From positions 22,941 through 86,940 of the forward strand of contig CAYNGD010000007.1 in NCBI GenBank assembly GCA_964396965.1: a stretch of DNA of 64,000 nt, given 5' to 3'. The stretch is from an uncultured Dehalococcoidales bacterium. Its GTDB lineage: Bacteria; Chloroflexota; Dehalococcoidia; Dehalococcoidales; BS750m-G39. Position 1 is the first letter of the stretch; every line of letters starts with the position of its first letter. Below the pieces are notes generated by a model. That model was not told the origin of the DNA. It did no database searches and was given only the letters and a program-made list of their open reading frames with translations. Shown piece by piece: positions 47,688 through 56,822 of the stretch. A program made the translations under genes and the position numbers.

Positions 47688-48455
47688 CTAAAGCCTCACC
47701 GGTATTCCCCGCTCGGCCAGATATTTCTTTATATCACCGATGGAGTAGGTCCCGTAGTGAAAGATGCTGGCCGCCAGCACGGCATCGGCCTTGCCCAGGA
47801 CCAGCGCCTGATAGAGGTCCTCGGGAGAACCGGCACCGCCGCTGGCAATCACCGGCACGCTCACCGCCTCGGAGATGGCCCGGGTAAGCTCGTTGTCGTA
47901 GCCGGTCTGGTGTCCGTCGGCGTCCATGCTGGTAAGAAGTATCTCGCCGGAGCCGAGCTCAACCACCTTATTAGCCCACTCGATGGCGTCAAGCCCGGTG
48001 GGTTTCTGGCCGCTCTGGATATAGACCTCCCATTTAGGCTTCTCACCCCCGTTTACCCTCTTGGCGTCAATGGCCACCACGATGCACTGGCTGCCGAACT
48101 TATCGGCGCCCTCCTTAATCAGATCGGGCTTGAGCACCGCCTCGGTATTGATAGATACCTTATCGGCGCCGGCCAGCAGCATCCGCCGCATGTTGGCTAT
48201 TGTTCGCAGTCCCCCGCCGACGGTAAGCGGCATGAATACCTTCTCTGATATACGCTCGACGACGTCAACCATGGTGTCGCGCCCCTCCGGGGTGGCGGTG
48301 ATGTCTAGAAAGACCAGCTCGTCGGCGCCCTCTTTATAGTAGAAGTCAGCCCTCTCCACCGGGTCTCCAGCGTCACGCAGCTGGACAAAACTCTTGCCCT
48401 TGACCACCCGCCCGCCTTTGACGTCCAGGCAGGGTATGATTCTTTTGGTCAGCAT
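47688..48455 (-). CDS. hisF: imidazole glycerol phosphate synthase cyclase subunit
   Basis: 255 aa with [33 protein letters not shown] and ASGGAG. Confidence 0.92.
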   Translation of the reverse strand: MLTKRIIPCLDVKGGRVVKGKSFVQLRDAGDPVERADFYYKEGADELVFLDITATPEGRDTMVDVVERISEKVFMPLTVGGGLRTIANMRRMLLAGADKVSINTEAVLKPDLIKEGADKFGSQCIVVAIDAKRVNGGEKPKWEVYIQSGQKPTGLDAIEWANKVVELGSGEILLTSMDADGHQTGYDNELTRAISEAVSVPVIASGGAGSPEDLYQALVLGKADAVLAASIFHYGTYSIGDIKKYLAERGIPVRL

Positions 48456-48456
48456 T

Positions 48457-49581
48457 TTATTTAACTCCCCCGGCCACTCTATTCCTAGCCCCTACCTTTA
48501 ATCTGCCCACCACCGGCTGGCCGCCCATCGGTATCCAGGCCTTGTCCAGATCGGGGGCTATCAGCCGTATCGCCGACTCCTCCGAGGATAGATAGAGCAT
48601 CTCCCCCTTCTCCCCCACCGTGAGCGGCCTCAGGCGAATACGGTCGGTCAGACCTATCATCTCGCCGTGGTGGGCGATAATCACGGCGAAGGGTCCGTTC
48701 AATAGCAGGCTGCCGTAGACCTGGCGCAGTGCCAGCATCAGCTTCTGCTCCTCCAGCGGCATACGCCCGATGACCTCCCAGAAGGGCGGCGCCAGTATCT
48801 TGGCCACTATCTCCAGGGGCAGGTGGTGCTGGCGCATCAATAAATCAACGGCGTAGGCCACCACCTCGGTATCGGTCTGCATGGTACACTGGTAGCCAAA
48901 CTGCTCCAGGTAGCGCCTGTTTATTCCGTAGGAAGAAATCTCGCCGTTGTGGATGACCGTCCAGTCCAGTATGCAGAAGGGGTGCGCCCCACCCCACCAG
49001 CCGGGGGTGTTGGTCGGGAAGCGTCCGTGGGCGGTCCAGAGGCAGCCCTGGTACTGTTCCAGGCAGAAGTAGTCGGCAATCTCCTCGGGGTAGCCAACAC
49101 CTTTAAAGACCCCCATGTTCTTGCCGCTGGAGAAGACGAAGCTGTCGCACAGCTCGGTATTTATGGTCATTACCTTTTCCAGCACGTAGTCATCAGCGGA
49201 CTTCCGGCCTGGTTTATTTATGTCAAGGAAATAGCGCCGGACCAGCGGCGGGTCCTTGATTACCGGCACCGGCCTGGTCGGCACCTCCTCCTGCTCGATG
49301 ACCTTGAAATTGTCCTTTAGAAACGCCTCCGTCTCCTGCCTCCCCTGCTGGCTCAGGAACATGATGTGCAGGGCGTACTGGTCGGCGTATTCGGGGTAGA
49401 GGCCGTAGATGGCGAAGCCGCCGCCCAGCCCGTTGCCGCGGTCGTGCATGTTGGCGATAGCCTTAATTACCCCCTCACCGGAGAAGCGCCGGCCGGTAAT
49501 GTTCATTGCCCCGAATACGGAACAGGCGTCGATTACCTTGTTATCGTTATTGGGGTTATTTATCCGCCAGATGTTTTTCAC
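48457..49581 (-). CDS. glutamate synthase domain 1 (class-II glutamine amidotransferase) protein
   Basis: 374 aa. The Ntn-type catalytic Cys context (DACSVFGAM) is preceded by a short propeptide. [12 protein letters not shown] also present. Confidence 0.85.
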   Translation of the reverse strand: MKNIWRINNPNNDNKVIDACSVFGAMNITGRRFSGEGVIKAIANMHDRGNGLGGGFAIYGLYPEYADQYALHIMFLSQQGRQETEAFLKDNFKVIEQEEVPTRPVPVIKDPPLVRRYFLDINKPGRKSADDYVLEKVMTINTELCDSFVFSSGKNMGVFKGVGYPEEIADYFCLEQYQGCLWTAHGRFPTNTPGWWGGAHPFCILDWTVIHNGEISSYGINRRYLEQFGYQCTMQTDTEVVAYAVDLLMRQHHLPLEIVAKILAPPFWEVIGRMPLEEQKLMLALRQVYGSLLLNGPFAVIIAHHGEMIGLTDRIRLRPLTVGEKGEMLYLSSEESAIRLIAPDLDKAWIPMGGQPVVGRLKVGARNRVAGGVK

Positions 49582-49583
49582 CG

Positions 49584-50933
49584 CTATTCTCCAATAACCG
49601 CCTCTTCCGGTTGCTCGGGCGGCGGTACTATAGAACCCGCCTCAGCGGGCGGTGCCGCCAGCCTATCCCGCCAGATTGCCTCGGGCAGGGAGGCCAGGCC
49701 GAAGTCATCGGCAACCAGCATCTCTTTGAAGGCCGCCACATCTATTCTGTCCTTCATCAGATTGTAGATAATGCCCGCCTTTTCGATATCGCCGACCAAA
49801 ATCATGCCCAGTATCTTACCGTCCTTTAATATTATCTTTTTATAGATGCCGTCGCCCCTCTTTAGCAAGACTTCATAGCTGTCATCAGGCGGGCTGACCA
49901 TCCCCGCCGAGAGGATATTCACCCCGAAATACTTGAGGGCGTTCATGGCGGTGCCGCCCTGATATTCGGCCTTCTTACCGGCCATATTCAGGCCGGCCAC
50001 CCTGCCACCGATATAGGCATTGGGCCAGACCGGAGTCAGCCGGTTCTCGCCGTAAACGAAATCATAGGCCTGACTGGCATCGCCGCAGGCATAGACGCCG
50101 GAAACTGAGGTCGCCATGCGGCGGTCAACGATGATGCCCCGGTTAGTCTTGACCCCGCTGCCGGTCACCAGGTCGAGACGCGGCCTGACGCCGATGGCGA
50201 TGACGACCATGTCGCAGGCCAGAGAGCGCCCGTCGTCAAGGCTGACCCCGCTGACCTCGCCGAGCCGACTGCCATTGATTCTGGCCACGGTGTGTCCCGT
50301 TATCAGGTCAACGCCAGCCTTAACCAGGGCTTCCGCCTCGAAGCCCGCCGCCTCCTCATCGAGGATGGTGTTCAGGACCCAGTCCTTCATCTCAACGATG
50401 CTGACCCCAACCCCACGCTTGACTAAAGCCTCGGTGGCGCTCACCCCGATAAGCCCCCCGCCGATGACCACCGCCTTGAGCACTCCCTGGCGCTGCTTCA
50501 GGAATTTATCAATGGCCTCGGCGTCGCCGAGGGTGGTGAAGGTGAAAACGCCCTTTAGCTCTCTACCCTCTATACTATCGGGCACGATGGGCACGCCACC
50601 GGTGGCCAATAATAGCTTCTGCCAGGCAATTATTCGCCCGCTGGCCAGCTCAATATCACGTTCGGTGAAATTAATCCGCACCACTTTATCGCCCAGGATG
50701 GTCTTGATTTTGTTCTTCTCATAGAAATCGGCGGGGCGGTAGAGCATCCTCTCCAGGGGACGCCCCTCAGCCAGGTGCTCCGAGATAAGCGGGCGTGAGT
50801 AGGCCGGGTAGGGCTCTTCGGAGACGATAGCCAGCGTCCCCACCCGGTCCACCCCACGGATGGCCTCGGCGGCGGCGATGCCCCCAGCCGAGTTGCCGAT
50901 GATCAGATAGTTTATTTTCTCTTCTCTGGCCAT
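49584..50933 (-). CDS. FAD/NAD(P)-dependent pyridine-nucleotide-disulfide-family oxidoreductase (NADH-oxidase-like)
   Basis: 449 aa from MAREEKINYLIIGNSAGGIAAAEA (FAD GxGxxG), with a second dinucleotide fold VVIGGGLIGVSATEAL and ACGDAS. The ATG at 50933 lies 1 nt after the hisH stop. The ORF-track extension to 51056 is rejected. Confidence 0.85.
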   Translation of the reverse strand: MAREEKINYLIIGNSAGGIAAAEAIRGVDRVGTLAIVSEEPYPAYSRPLISEHLAEGRPLERMLYRPADFYEKNKIKTILGDKVVRINFTERDIELASGRIIAWQKLLLATGGVPIVPDSIEGRELKGVFTFTTLGDAEAIDKFLKQRQGVLKAVVIGGGLIGVSATEALVKRGVGVSIVEMKDWVLNTILDEEAAGFEAEALVKAGVDLITGHTVARINGSRLGEVSGVSLDDGRSLACDMVVIAIGVRPRLDLVTGSGVKTNRGIIVDRRMATSVSGVYACGDASQAYDFVYGENRLTPVWPNAYIGGRVAGLNMAGKKAEYQGGTAMNALKYFGVNILSAGMVSPPDDSYEVLLKRGDGIYKKIILKDGKILGMILVGDIEKAGIIYNLMKDRIDVAAFKEMLVADDFGLASLPEAIWRDRLAAPPAEAGSIVPPPEQPEEAVIGE

Positions 50934-50934
50934 T

Positions 50935-51576
50935 TTATTGCCGCCTGTCTGCTTTTTCGCCCAGGGCAATCCTGATAAAATTATCGTATATCTTGAGCCC
51001 CACCTCGCCGCTCTTCTCCGGGTGGAACTGGGTGGCCACCAGGTTTTCCCGGGCAATCACGCTGCAGAAGGTGACGCCGTAGTCAGTCGTGCCGGCCACC
51101 AGCGATCTGTCCTCCGGCTCGACATAGTAGCTGTGGACAAAGTAGAAGTTGGCCTCATCAGCTATGCCGGCGAAGATGGGGTGGGCGAACTTCTGTTTCA
51201 CCTGGTTCCAGCCCATGTGGGGGACCTTCAGGCCCGGGGAGAATTTGCGCACCGCACCGGGGATAATGCCCAAGCACTCGTTCCAGCCACCCTCCTCGGT
51301 GCCGCTGAAGAGCACCTGCAGCCCGATGCAGACCCCCAAGAAGGGCCTCCCCTCAGCGATGTAGCCCTTAATCGGGCCTTCCAGCCCCAGTTTGCGCAGG
51401 CCGGCCATAGTATCGGCGGCGGCGCCCACCCCGGGCAGGATAACCGCCCGCGCGCTCATAACCTCGTCAGGGCGGTCGGTCACCCTGGCCTCATAGCCCA
51501 GCCGGCTGACAGCGTTGACCACGCTGCACAGGTTGCCAGCGCCGTAATCGATTATGGCAATCACCTGAACTCCCAC
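50935..51576 (-). CDS. hisH: imidazole glycerol phosphate synthase glutamine amidotransferase subunit
   Basis: 213 aa with IAIIDYGAGNL, catalytic GVCIGLQ, HMGWNQV and FYFVHSY. Confidence 0.9.
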   Translation of the reverse strand: MGVQVIAIIDYGAGNLCSVVNAVSRLGYEARVTDRPDEVMSARAVILPGVGAAADTMAGLRKLGLEGPIKGYIAEGRPFLGVCIGLQVLFSGTEEGGWNECLGIIPGAVRKFSPGLKVPHMGWNQVKQKFAHPIFAGIADEANFYFVHSYYVEPEDRSLVAGTTDYGVTFCSVIARENLVATQFHPEKSGEVGLKIYDNFIRIALGEKADRRQ

Positions 51577-51589
51577 TCTTCCTATTTTA

Positions 51590-52054
51590 TTACCGGCTCT
51601 TTAGCTCAGCGCTGCCCTCCGGGACCTCGATATAGACCAGCGCCTCGTTGGGGCAGTTGGCCACACAGACCGGGATCTCCTCCCCCTGGCAGAGGTCGCA
51701 CTTGAGCGCCTTCTTTTTCTCTATGTCCGGCCTTATCGCCGCCAGCGGGCAGACCAGCAGGCAGGTCCAGCAGCCGATGCACCTCTCCTCGTCCACCCTG
51801 ACCATGCCGCTCTCCAAGTCTCGGGCCAGCGCGCCGGTAAGGCAGGCCTGGACACAGGGGGCGTCCTCGCAGTGCTGGCAGCGCACCGAAAGCGATACTA
51901 CCCCCCCCTCATCCACCCGGAGCCTGGCCGGCGGCGGTGACTCCCTCTTGAACGCCTTGACCAGGTCTTTGGTACCGGCGTGCTTGAGCTGGCAGTACAC
52001 CTCGCAGAGGTGGCAGCCGATGCAGACCTCTTCCTTAACGTAGACCTTCCTCAC
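51590..52054 (-). CDS. 4x[4Fe-4S]-motif ferredoxin-like electron-transfer protein
   Basis: 154 aa with four Cys clusters (CIGCHLCEVYC, CQHCEDAPCVQAC, CIGCWTCLLVCP, CDLCQGEEIPVCVANCP). GTG start with a GGTGA SD. First gene of the operon. Confidence 0.85.
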   Translation of the reverse strand: MRKVYVKEEVCIGCHLCEVYCQLKHAGTKDLVKAFKRESPPPARLRVDEGGVVSLSVRCQHCEDAPCVQACLTGALARDLESGMVRVDEERCIGCWTCLLVCPLAAIRPDIEKKKALKCDLCQGEEIPVCVANCPNEALVYIEVPEGSAELKSR

Positions 52055-52074
52055 CTTGCTATCACCGCCCTTTT

Positions 52075-52130
52075 ATACGGTAAACGGTTACCGTATGCCA
52101 TATAATAGCAGATATAATAATATTTGTCAA
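52075..52130 (-). promoter_or_regulatory. sigma70-like promoter plus 22-bp perfect palindrome operator for the GOGAT/his/amt operon
   Basis: Read on the minus strand: TTGACA (52125-52130), N17, TATTAT (52102-52107). ATACGGTAA-N4-TTACCGTAT (52075-52096) covers the predicted +1 region, 21 nt upstream of the GTG start. Confidence 0.45.
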
Positions 52131-52256
52131 CTCTCCCGAATCAGACCTGAATACGGAGACTACAACAGCCACTATTTTAACATTAAATCAGGGGGTAAGC
52201 CAAGATGAAGGGCTGACCATAATGAGCTTACCGCGGAGCATCTTGTTTCCCCTTTT

Positions 52257-52312
52257 TTGACCCCGGCTGCCCTTTTGTGCTAAAATTATTTGTTGACCAA
52301 AATAGTCAACAA
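52257..52312 (+). promoter_or_regulatory. sigma70-like promoter plus palindrome operator upstream of a small Cys-rich ORF
   Basis: TTGACC (52257-52262), N18, TGcTAAAAT (-10 at 52281-52286). TTGTTGAC-N7-GTCAACAA (52290-52312) lies over the predicted transcription start. Confidence 0.4.
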
Positions 52313-52344
52313 AAGGCCTTCGCCTAAGAGAGGAGATAGAGAAG

Positions 52345-52500
52345 ATGAAAACGGTGAAGCTGTGTCGGGAAGGGACGTGCTGTCCCGCAGTCAGGGTAAC
52401 AGAATCAAAGGTGGAAATCGGTGAGGGAGAAAACACCTGCACCCTCACCAGGGAACAGTGGGAAATCCTCAAAGAAAAGGTAATCAAGAAAGAGCTTTAA
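52345..52500 (+). CDS. hypothetical 51-aa Cys-rich protein
   Basis: Not in the ORF track because it is under 60 aa. Sequence MKTVKLCREGTCCPAVRVTESKVEIGEGENTCTLTREQWEILKEKVIKKEL. GAGGAG SD lies 8 nt upstream of the ATG. It explains the region better than the antisense ORF 52188-52487. Confidence 0.55.
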   Translation: MKTVKLCREGTCCPAVRVTESKVEIGEGENTCTLTREQWEILKEKVIKKEL

Positions 52501-52578
52501 CCGGCCAAACCGGAATCAAACACCGTAAATAAACTGTCAGCCCCCTGTTTACCCAATTTAAAGCGCCGCTAGGCAAGG

Positions 52579-52908
52579 ATGCCGGACTTAGAGTTTACCG
52601 ATATCGTCCTGTTTATTACCACGGCCGATGCTGAAGAAGCCAGCCGCATCGCCGAAGTGCTGGTGAAGAAAAGGAAGGCGGCCTGCGTAAATATCCTGCC
52701 CGGGGTCAGCTCCCTTTTCTGGTGGCAGGGCAAAATGGAGAGAGTTGACGAAAGCCTGCTGATGGTCAAGTCCCGGGCCTCGTTACTGGACCAGATTATA
52801 AAACTGGTTAAAGAGCACCACAGCTACGACGTGCCGGAGATAATCGCCCTGCCCATTATCGGCGGTAATCCGGATTATCTGAAGTGGATAGCTAAAGAGC
52901 TGAAATAG
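52579..52908 (+). CDS. cutA: divalent-cation tolerance protein CutA
   Basis: 109 aa with the CutA1 pattern (AACVNILPGVSSLFWWQGK...HSYDVPEIIALPI). Confidence 0.85.
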   Translation: MPDLEFTDIVLFITTADAEEASRIAEVLVKKRKAACVNILPGVSSLFWWQGKMERVDESLLMVKSRASLLDQIIKLVKEHHSYDVPEIIALPIIGGNPDYLKWIAKELK

Positions 52909-52958
52909 ACCGCCGCTTGCTTTAGACGCCGGAGTCAGCTACTATTATGTAGCGTAAA

Positions 52959-53699
52959 ATGCTTAACCAGGACGAACAGGAAAGGTATGCCCGCCAGATA
53001 ATGCTCAGGGGATTCGGGCAGGAGGGGCAGGAGAAGCTCAAAGGGGCCAGGGTCTTTATCGCCGGCGCCGGCGGGCTGGGCTCATCTTCGGCCACCTATC
53101 TCGCCGCCGCCGGAGTGGGCACAATACGCATCGTTGACCACGATAGGGTCGAGCTGAGCAACCTGAACCGACAGGTGATGCACTGGCCGGGGGACATCGG
53201 CCAGACCAAGGTCAGCTCGGCAGCAGGCAAGCTCAAGCAGCTGAACCCCGAACTAGAGATAGAGGCTGTCGAGGAAAAGATAACCGAAGCCAATGTTTCG
53301 CAGTTGGTGGCTGGCTTTGACCTCATCGTTGACGCCATGGACAACCTGCCCACCCGCTATCTGCTCAATAAGACAGCCATAGAGAACAACATACCCTTCT
53401 TCCACGGGGCGGTCTACGGCTTTGAGGGACGGGCGATGACGGTGATACCGGGGAAGAGCGCCTGCCTGAGGTGCGTCTACCGGGGAGCTATACCTGAGGA
53501 GAAATTCCCGGTAATCGGGGTTACCCCGAGCGTCATCGGCTGCATCCAGGCAACCGAGGTGATAAAATATATTATAGGAATGGGGCAGCTTCTGGCCGAC
53601 AGGCTTTTGGTCTATGACGGTCTTAATATGAAATTCAGCGAGTTCAAGGTTAAGAAAGACCCTAAATGCCCGCACTGCGGGCAGCTAGCAGGAGGTTAG
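52959..53699 (+). CDS. ThiF/MoeB/HesA-family adenylyltransferase (E1-like)
   Basis: 246 aa with RYARQIML, nucleotide loop AGAGGLGS, LNRQ, and zinc CxxC pairs (CLRC ... CPHC). Confidence 0.85.
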   Translation: MLNQDEQERYARQIMLRGFGQEGQEKLKGARVFIAGAGGLGSSSATYLAAAGVGTIRIVDHDRVELSNLNRQVMHWPGDIGQTKVSSAAGKLKQLNPELEIEAVEEKITEANVSQLVAGFDLIVDAMDNLPTRYLLNKTAIENNIPFFHGAVYGFEGRAMTVIPGKSACLRCVYRGAIPEEKFPVIGVTPSVIGCIQATEVIKYIIGMGQLLADRLLVYDGLNMKFSEFKVKKDPKCPHCGQLAGG

Positions 53700-53706
53700 C
53701 CGAAAT

Positions 53707-54315
53707 TTGGAAGGCAGGATAGTCTATTTTGACCAGCCGGGAAAGAAAAACACCGACGAGGTTCTGCGTCTGGCCAAAACCCGGGCGAAAGAGCTGGGCA
53801 TCAAGAGCATTCTAGTAGCCTCCACCACTGGCGAGACCGCGGTCAAGGCGGTTAATGTCTTCAAGGGAGCCAAAGTAGTGGCGGTCAGCCACTTTACCGG
53901 CATGAAGGGGCCCAACACCCAGGAGTTCACCGAGGAGAACCGCCAGAAGGTCTTGAGTGCCGGCGGCACTGTTCTCACCGCCACCCACCTCTTTTCCGGG
54001 CTGGGCCGGGCGATGCGCAAGAGGTTCGGTATGTACCTCTTCGAGGAAACAGTGGCCAACACCCTGCGTCTCTTCGGGGAGGGGATGAAGGTGGTCTGCG
54101 AAATCACCATGATGGCCGCCGACGCCGGGCTGGTGCGCACCGATGAGGATGCCATCGTTATCGCTGGCTCCAGCCGGGGAGCGGATACGGCGGTGGTGCT
54201 GCGGCCGGTCAACTCCGAGGACTTCTTCGACCTCAAGGTCAGGGAAATCCTCTGCAAACCCCTCTACGGGCTAAAGGTTACTCGTCAGCCTTCACCGGGC
54301 AGCAGGCAGCTTTAA
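53707..54315 (+). CDS. pyruvate-kinase-C-terminal-domain-like (alpha/beta) protein of unknown function
   Basis: 202 aa. N-terminal YFDQPGKKNTDEVLRLAKTRAKELGIKSILVASTTGETA resembles the archaeal and bacterial PK_C-like stand-alone family. TTG start. The 3' end overlaps the convergent gene by 38 nt. Confidence 0.55.
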   Translation: MEGRIVYFDQPGKKNTDEVLRLAKTRAKELGIKSILVASTTGETAVKAVNVFKGAKVVAVSHFTGMKGPNTQEFTEENRQKVLSAGGTVLTATHLFSGLGRAMRKRFGMYLFEETVANTLRLFGEGMKVVCEITMMAADAGLVRTDEDAIVIAGSSRGADTAVVLRPVNSEDFFDLKVREILCKPLYGLKVTRQPSPGSRQL

Positions 54316-54733
54316 TATCTATAGTCGCTGTGGCCTGACCGCCCCGGCCATCGGTCACGGTAACGGCGATGGTATAGGTGCCCGACTTCTCAGGGGCCTC
54401 CCAGCTAACCATCTCCCCCTCGCCGGTTATAGTCCCGCCGGTGGCTGACCAGACGTAGTTCAGCACGTCTCCGTCCGGGTCCGAGGCAGAGCATTTGACC
54501 GGGGTGGCCGTAGACCTTTTAACCTGCCGGTACTCCGAAGAAAGCCTGTCAATAACCGGGGGCTGGTTAGGCGGCGGGTAACTCGGTGACGGCTCAAGCC
54601 CTGGCTGGCTGGGCGGCGGCAGGTAGGTCGAGGGCTGGATAGTTGAAGAGCAGCCGCCGATAAAAAGGGCGGCGGCAATAACTAAAACCAAAAGAGCCAG
54701 CCACCTGGGCTGATCTGGTAGCATCTTTACCAC
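54278..54733 (-). CDS. lipoprotein with PKD/Ig-like domain
   Basis: Lipobox FIGGCS, a Pro-rich linker, and a PKD-type motif (SASDPDGDVLNYVWSATGGTI...YTIAVTVTDGRGG). Confidence 0.65.
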   Translation of the reverse strand: MVKMLPDQPRWLALLVLVIAAALFIGGCSSTIQPSTYLPPPSQPGLEPSPSYPPPNQPPVIDRLSSEYRQVKRSTATPVKCSASDPDGDVLNYVWSATGGTITGEGEMVSWEAPEKSGTYTIAVTVTDGRGGQATATIDIKAACCPVKADE

Positions 54734-54751
54734 CTCTAGCCGCCGAAAGGG

Positions 54752-55525
54752 CTAACCCGACCGCCTGACCTTGATTACCTCGGCCAGGATGCTGACGGCT
54801 ATCTCCTCCGGCGTCTGCGCCCCTATCTCCAGGCCGATGGGGGAATGGACTTCATCCAGCTGCTCCTTGGTTATCCCCCTGGACAGCAGGTGGGAGAATA
54901 CCGTCTTGACCTTGGTCTTACTGCCAATCATGCCGATATACCTGGCCGGAGTGCCCACCGCCCACTCCAGCACCACCTCGTCGTGCTTGTGACCGTGGGT
55001 AACAATCACGATATAGCTCAACCTATTTATCTTCAGCTTTGAAAACGACTCGGTGAATTTTTCGGCCAGGATGACCTCGGCTTCGGGGAACCGCTCGGTG
55101 TTGGCGAATTCAGGCCGGTCGTCAATAACGGCGATATTAAAGCCGCACAGCTTGCCCATCTTGGCCAGCGCCAGTGCGATATGGCCACCACCGAATATAT
55201 ATAATGTAGATGGGGTCAGGATAGGCTCGATAAAGACCTCGGTATCACCACCGCATATCATCCCCAGCTCCCCGGCCCCCTTGGCGGTAAGGGTAAAATG
55301 GTGGTGCTTCGGCTTGCCCTCCTTTATCACCCCGATTGCCTCCTTGATTACCCGGGCCTCCAGGCTGCCACCGCCTATCGTCCCGAAGATGCTGCCGTCG
55401 GGCCTGACCAGCATCTTGGCCCCCTCCTCGCGCGGGGTGGAGCCGCTGGCTGAAACTATGGTGACCAGCGCCGCCTCCCCACCCTCCGCCTTGACCCTGA
55501 CTATCTCCTGGTAGATATCTTCCAT
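54752..55525 (-). CDS. XdhC/CoxI-family molybdenum-cofactor insertion accessory protein
   Basis: 257 aa with an N-terminal XdhC_CoxI region and a Rossmann part LYIFGGGHIALALAKM. Confidence 0.8.
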   Translation of the reverse strand: MEDIYQEIVRVKAEGGEAALVTIVSASGSTPREEGAKMLVRPDGSIFGTIGGGSLEARVIKEAIGVIKEGKPKHHHFTLTAKGAGELGMICGGDTEVFIEPILTPSTLYIFGGGHIALALAKMGKLCGFNIAVIDDRPEFANTERFPEAEVILAEKFTESFSKLKINRLSYIVIVTHGHKHDEVVLEWAVGTPARYIGMIGSKTKVKTVFSHLLSRGITKEQLDEVHSPIGLEIGAQTPEEIAVSILAEVIKVRRSG

Positions 55526-55536
55526 CTCGATAACCC

Positions 55537-56343
55537 CTAAACATTGTAGCGCATCATTATCGCCTCTAAAACCCCGCCGGCGATGGCCCTCATCCTGGGG
55601 CGTATGGTGTAGCAGTCCTCTACATTACCGGAGGGGTCTATCTCGCCCAGCTTGGTCCCCTTGGTTACCTCTATCCCGTTCCGCAGCAGCGCCCTTATTA
55701 TACCGCCTATCTCCGCCTTTACCGGCTCTCCGGCAACTGAGGCCACCACCTCACCGGCGCTGGTCATCTCCCCAATATCTCTATCGGTCTGGAAAAGGCC
55801 GCCTCCAGCGGCGTGGAGCGCCCGCTCTCTGGTAAAGCCGCCTATCTCCACCGGAATTCCGGTGTCCGCCTCGGCCTCCCCTTTTAGGATTACCCTCCCC
55901 TGCCGCTCGCTGTTGCTGGTCTCCACCACCATGTGGACATCTTTGCCCGCCCTGAATCCGGGCCCCAGCCCGATAACCAGGGGGGCATGGCCAATTTTTG
56001 TCCCCAGGTTCTTTTTGGCCATAATGGCGTCAACCAGTACCTCCGGTTTAAGCATCTTCCTAATTGATGTCTCCGGATCAACGATGACGGCTATCCGGCC
56101 CTCCCGCCACAACCTCAGCACCTCAACCCCCGACTCCGCCCGCCGGGCGGTTATCCCCTCCACCTCCTTCTCCCCGTCATAGACCGCCTCGCAGAAGGCA
56201 ACCCCCCGGCTGACCGCCAGGGGCTGAGCGGTCTCAGTGAGGCAGACGCGGAAGCCGGCGCGGGCCAGCTTGTGGGCCACCCCGCTGGCCACCTCCCCAC
56301 CTCCCTTTATCAGAACCACCATTCGGCTCAGTTCAGAACCCAT
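55537..56343 (-). CDS. YqeB-like (XdhC-Rossmann) protein associated with selenium-dependent molybdenum hydroxylase systems
   Basis: 268 aa. VVLIKGGGEVASGVAHKLARAGF is followed by the typical C-terminal beta-rich domain. The family assignment is from memory. Confidence 0.6.
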   Translation of the reverse strand: MGSELSRMVVLIKGGGEVASGVAHKLARAGFRVCLTETAQPLAVSRGVAFCEAVYDGEKEVEGITARRAESGVEVLRLWREGRIAVIVDPETSIRKMLKPEVLVDAIMAKKNLGTKIGHAPLVIGLGPGFRAGKDVHMVVETSNSERQGRVILKGEAEADTGIPVEIGGFTRERALHAAGGGLFQTDRDIGEMTSAGEVVASVAGEPVKAEIGGIIRALLRNGIEVTKGTKLGEIDPSGNVEDCYTIRPRMRAIAGGVLEAIMMRYNV

Positions 56344-56407
56344 TCTCTAACCATCAGACTTTATAGCTTGCCCAGAGATTATACCACAATGTTATAATGT
56401 AGCTAAA

Positions 56408-56785
56408 ATGGACAGGGAAAGTTTTGAACAGCTGGTGGCACAAGCGGTGGATGACCTGCCCGAGGAGTTCCGGGAGAGGCTGGAGAACATTGATATCGTC
56501 GTCGAGGACTATCCCGCCCCCAGCCAGATGCGCCGTATGGGGCTGGGGGAGGATAAAATCCTGCTCGGCCTCTATGAGGGGGTGCCCCAGACTGAGCGGG
56601 GTGGCCACTACGGGCTGGTGCCGCCGGACAAGATAACCATATTCCAGCGGCCAATCGAGGCCATCTGCCGCTACAGCGGCGTCAGCATCCGCACCGAGAT
56701 ACAGCGGGTGGTCAAGCACGAGATAGCCCACCACTTCGGCATCAGCGATGCCCGCTTGAGGCAGCTGGAGAAGGAGACAGACTGA
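56408..56785 (+). CDS. small zinc metallopeptidase-like protein (DUF1025 / zincin-like)
   Basis: 125 aa with HEIAHHFG (HExxH) near the C-terminus. Confidence 0.7.
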   Translation: MDRESFEQLVAQAVDDLPEEFRERLENIDIVVEDYPAPSQMRRMGLGEDKILLGLYEGVPQTERGGHYGLVPPDKITIFQRPIEAICRYSGVSIRTEIQRVVKHEIAHHFGISDARLRQLEKETD

Positions 56786-56822
56786 TTATCCAAGACTGGT
56801 ATAATGCGTTAGAGGAGAGGCT

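Noticed and set aside
52188-52487. 99-aa minus-strand ORF in the gap between the nitrogen operon and cutA.
   Set aside because: It has no SD and an odd Ser/Phe/Arg-rich composition. The region is better explained by a plus-strand promoter, palindrome and the 51-aa Cys-rich ORF.
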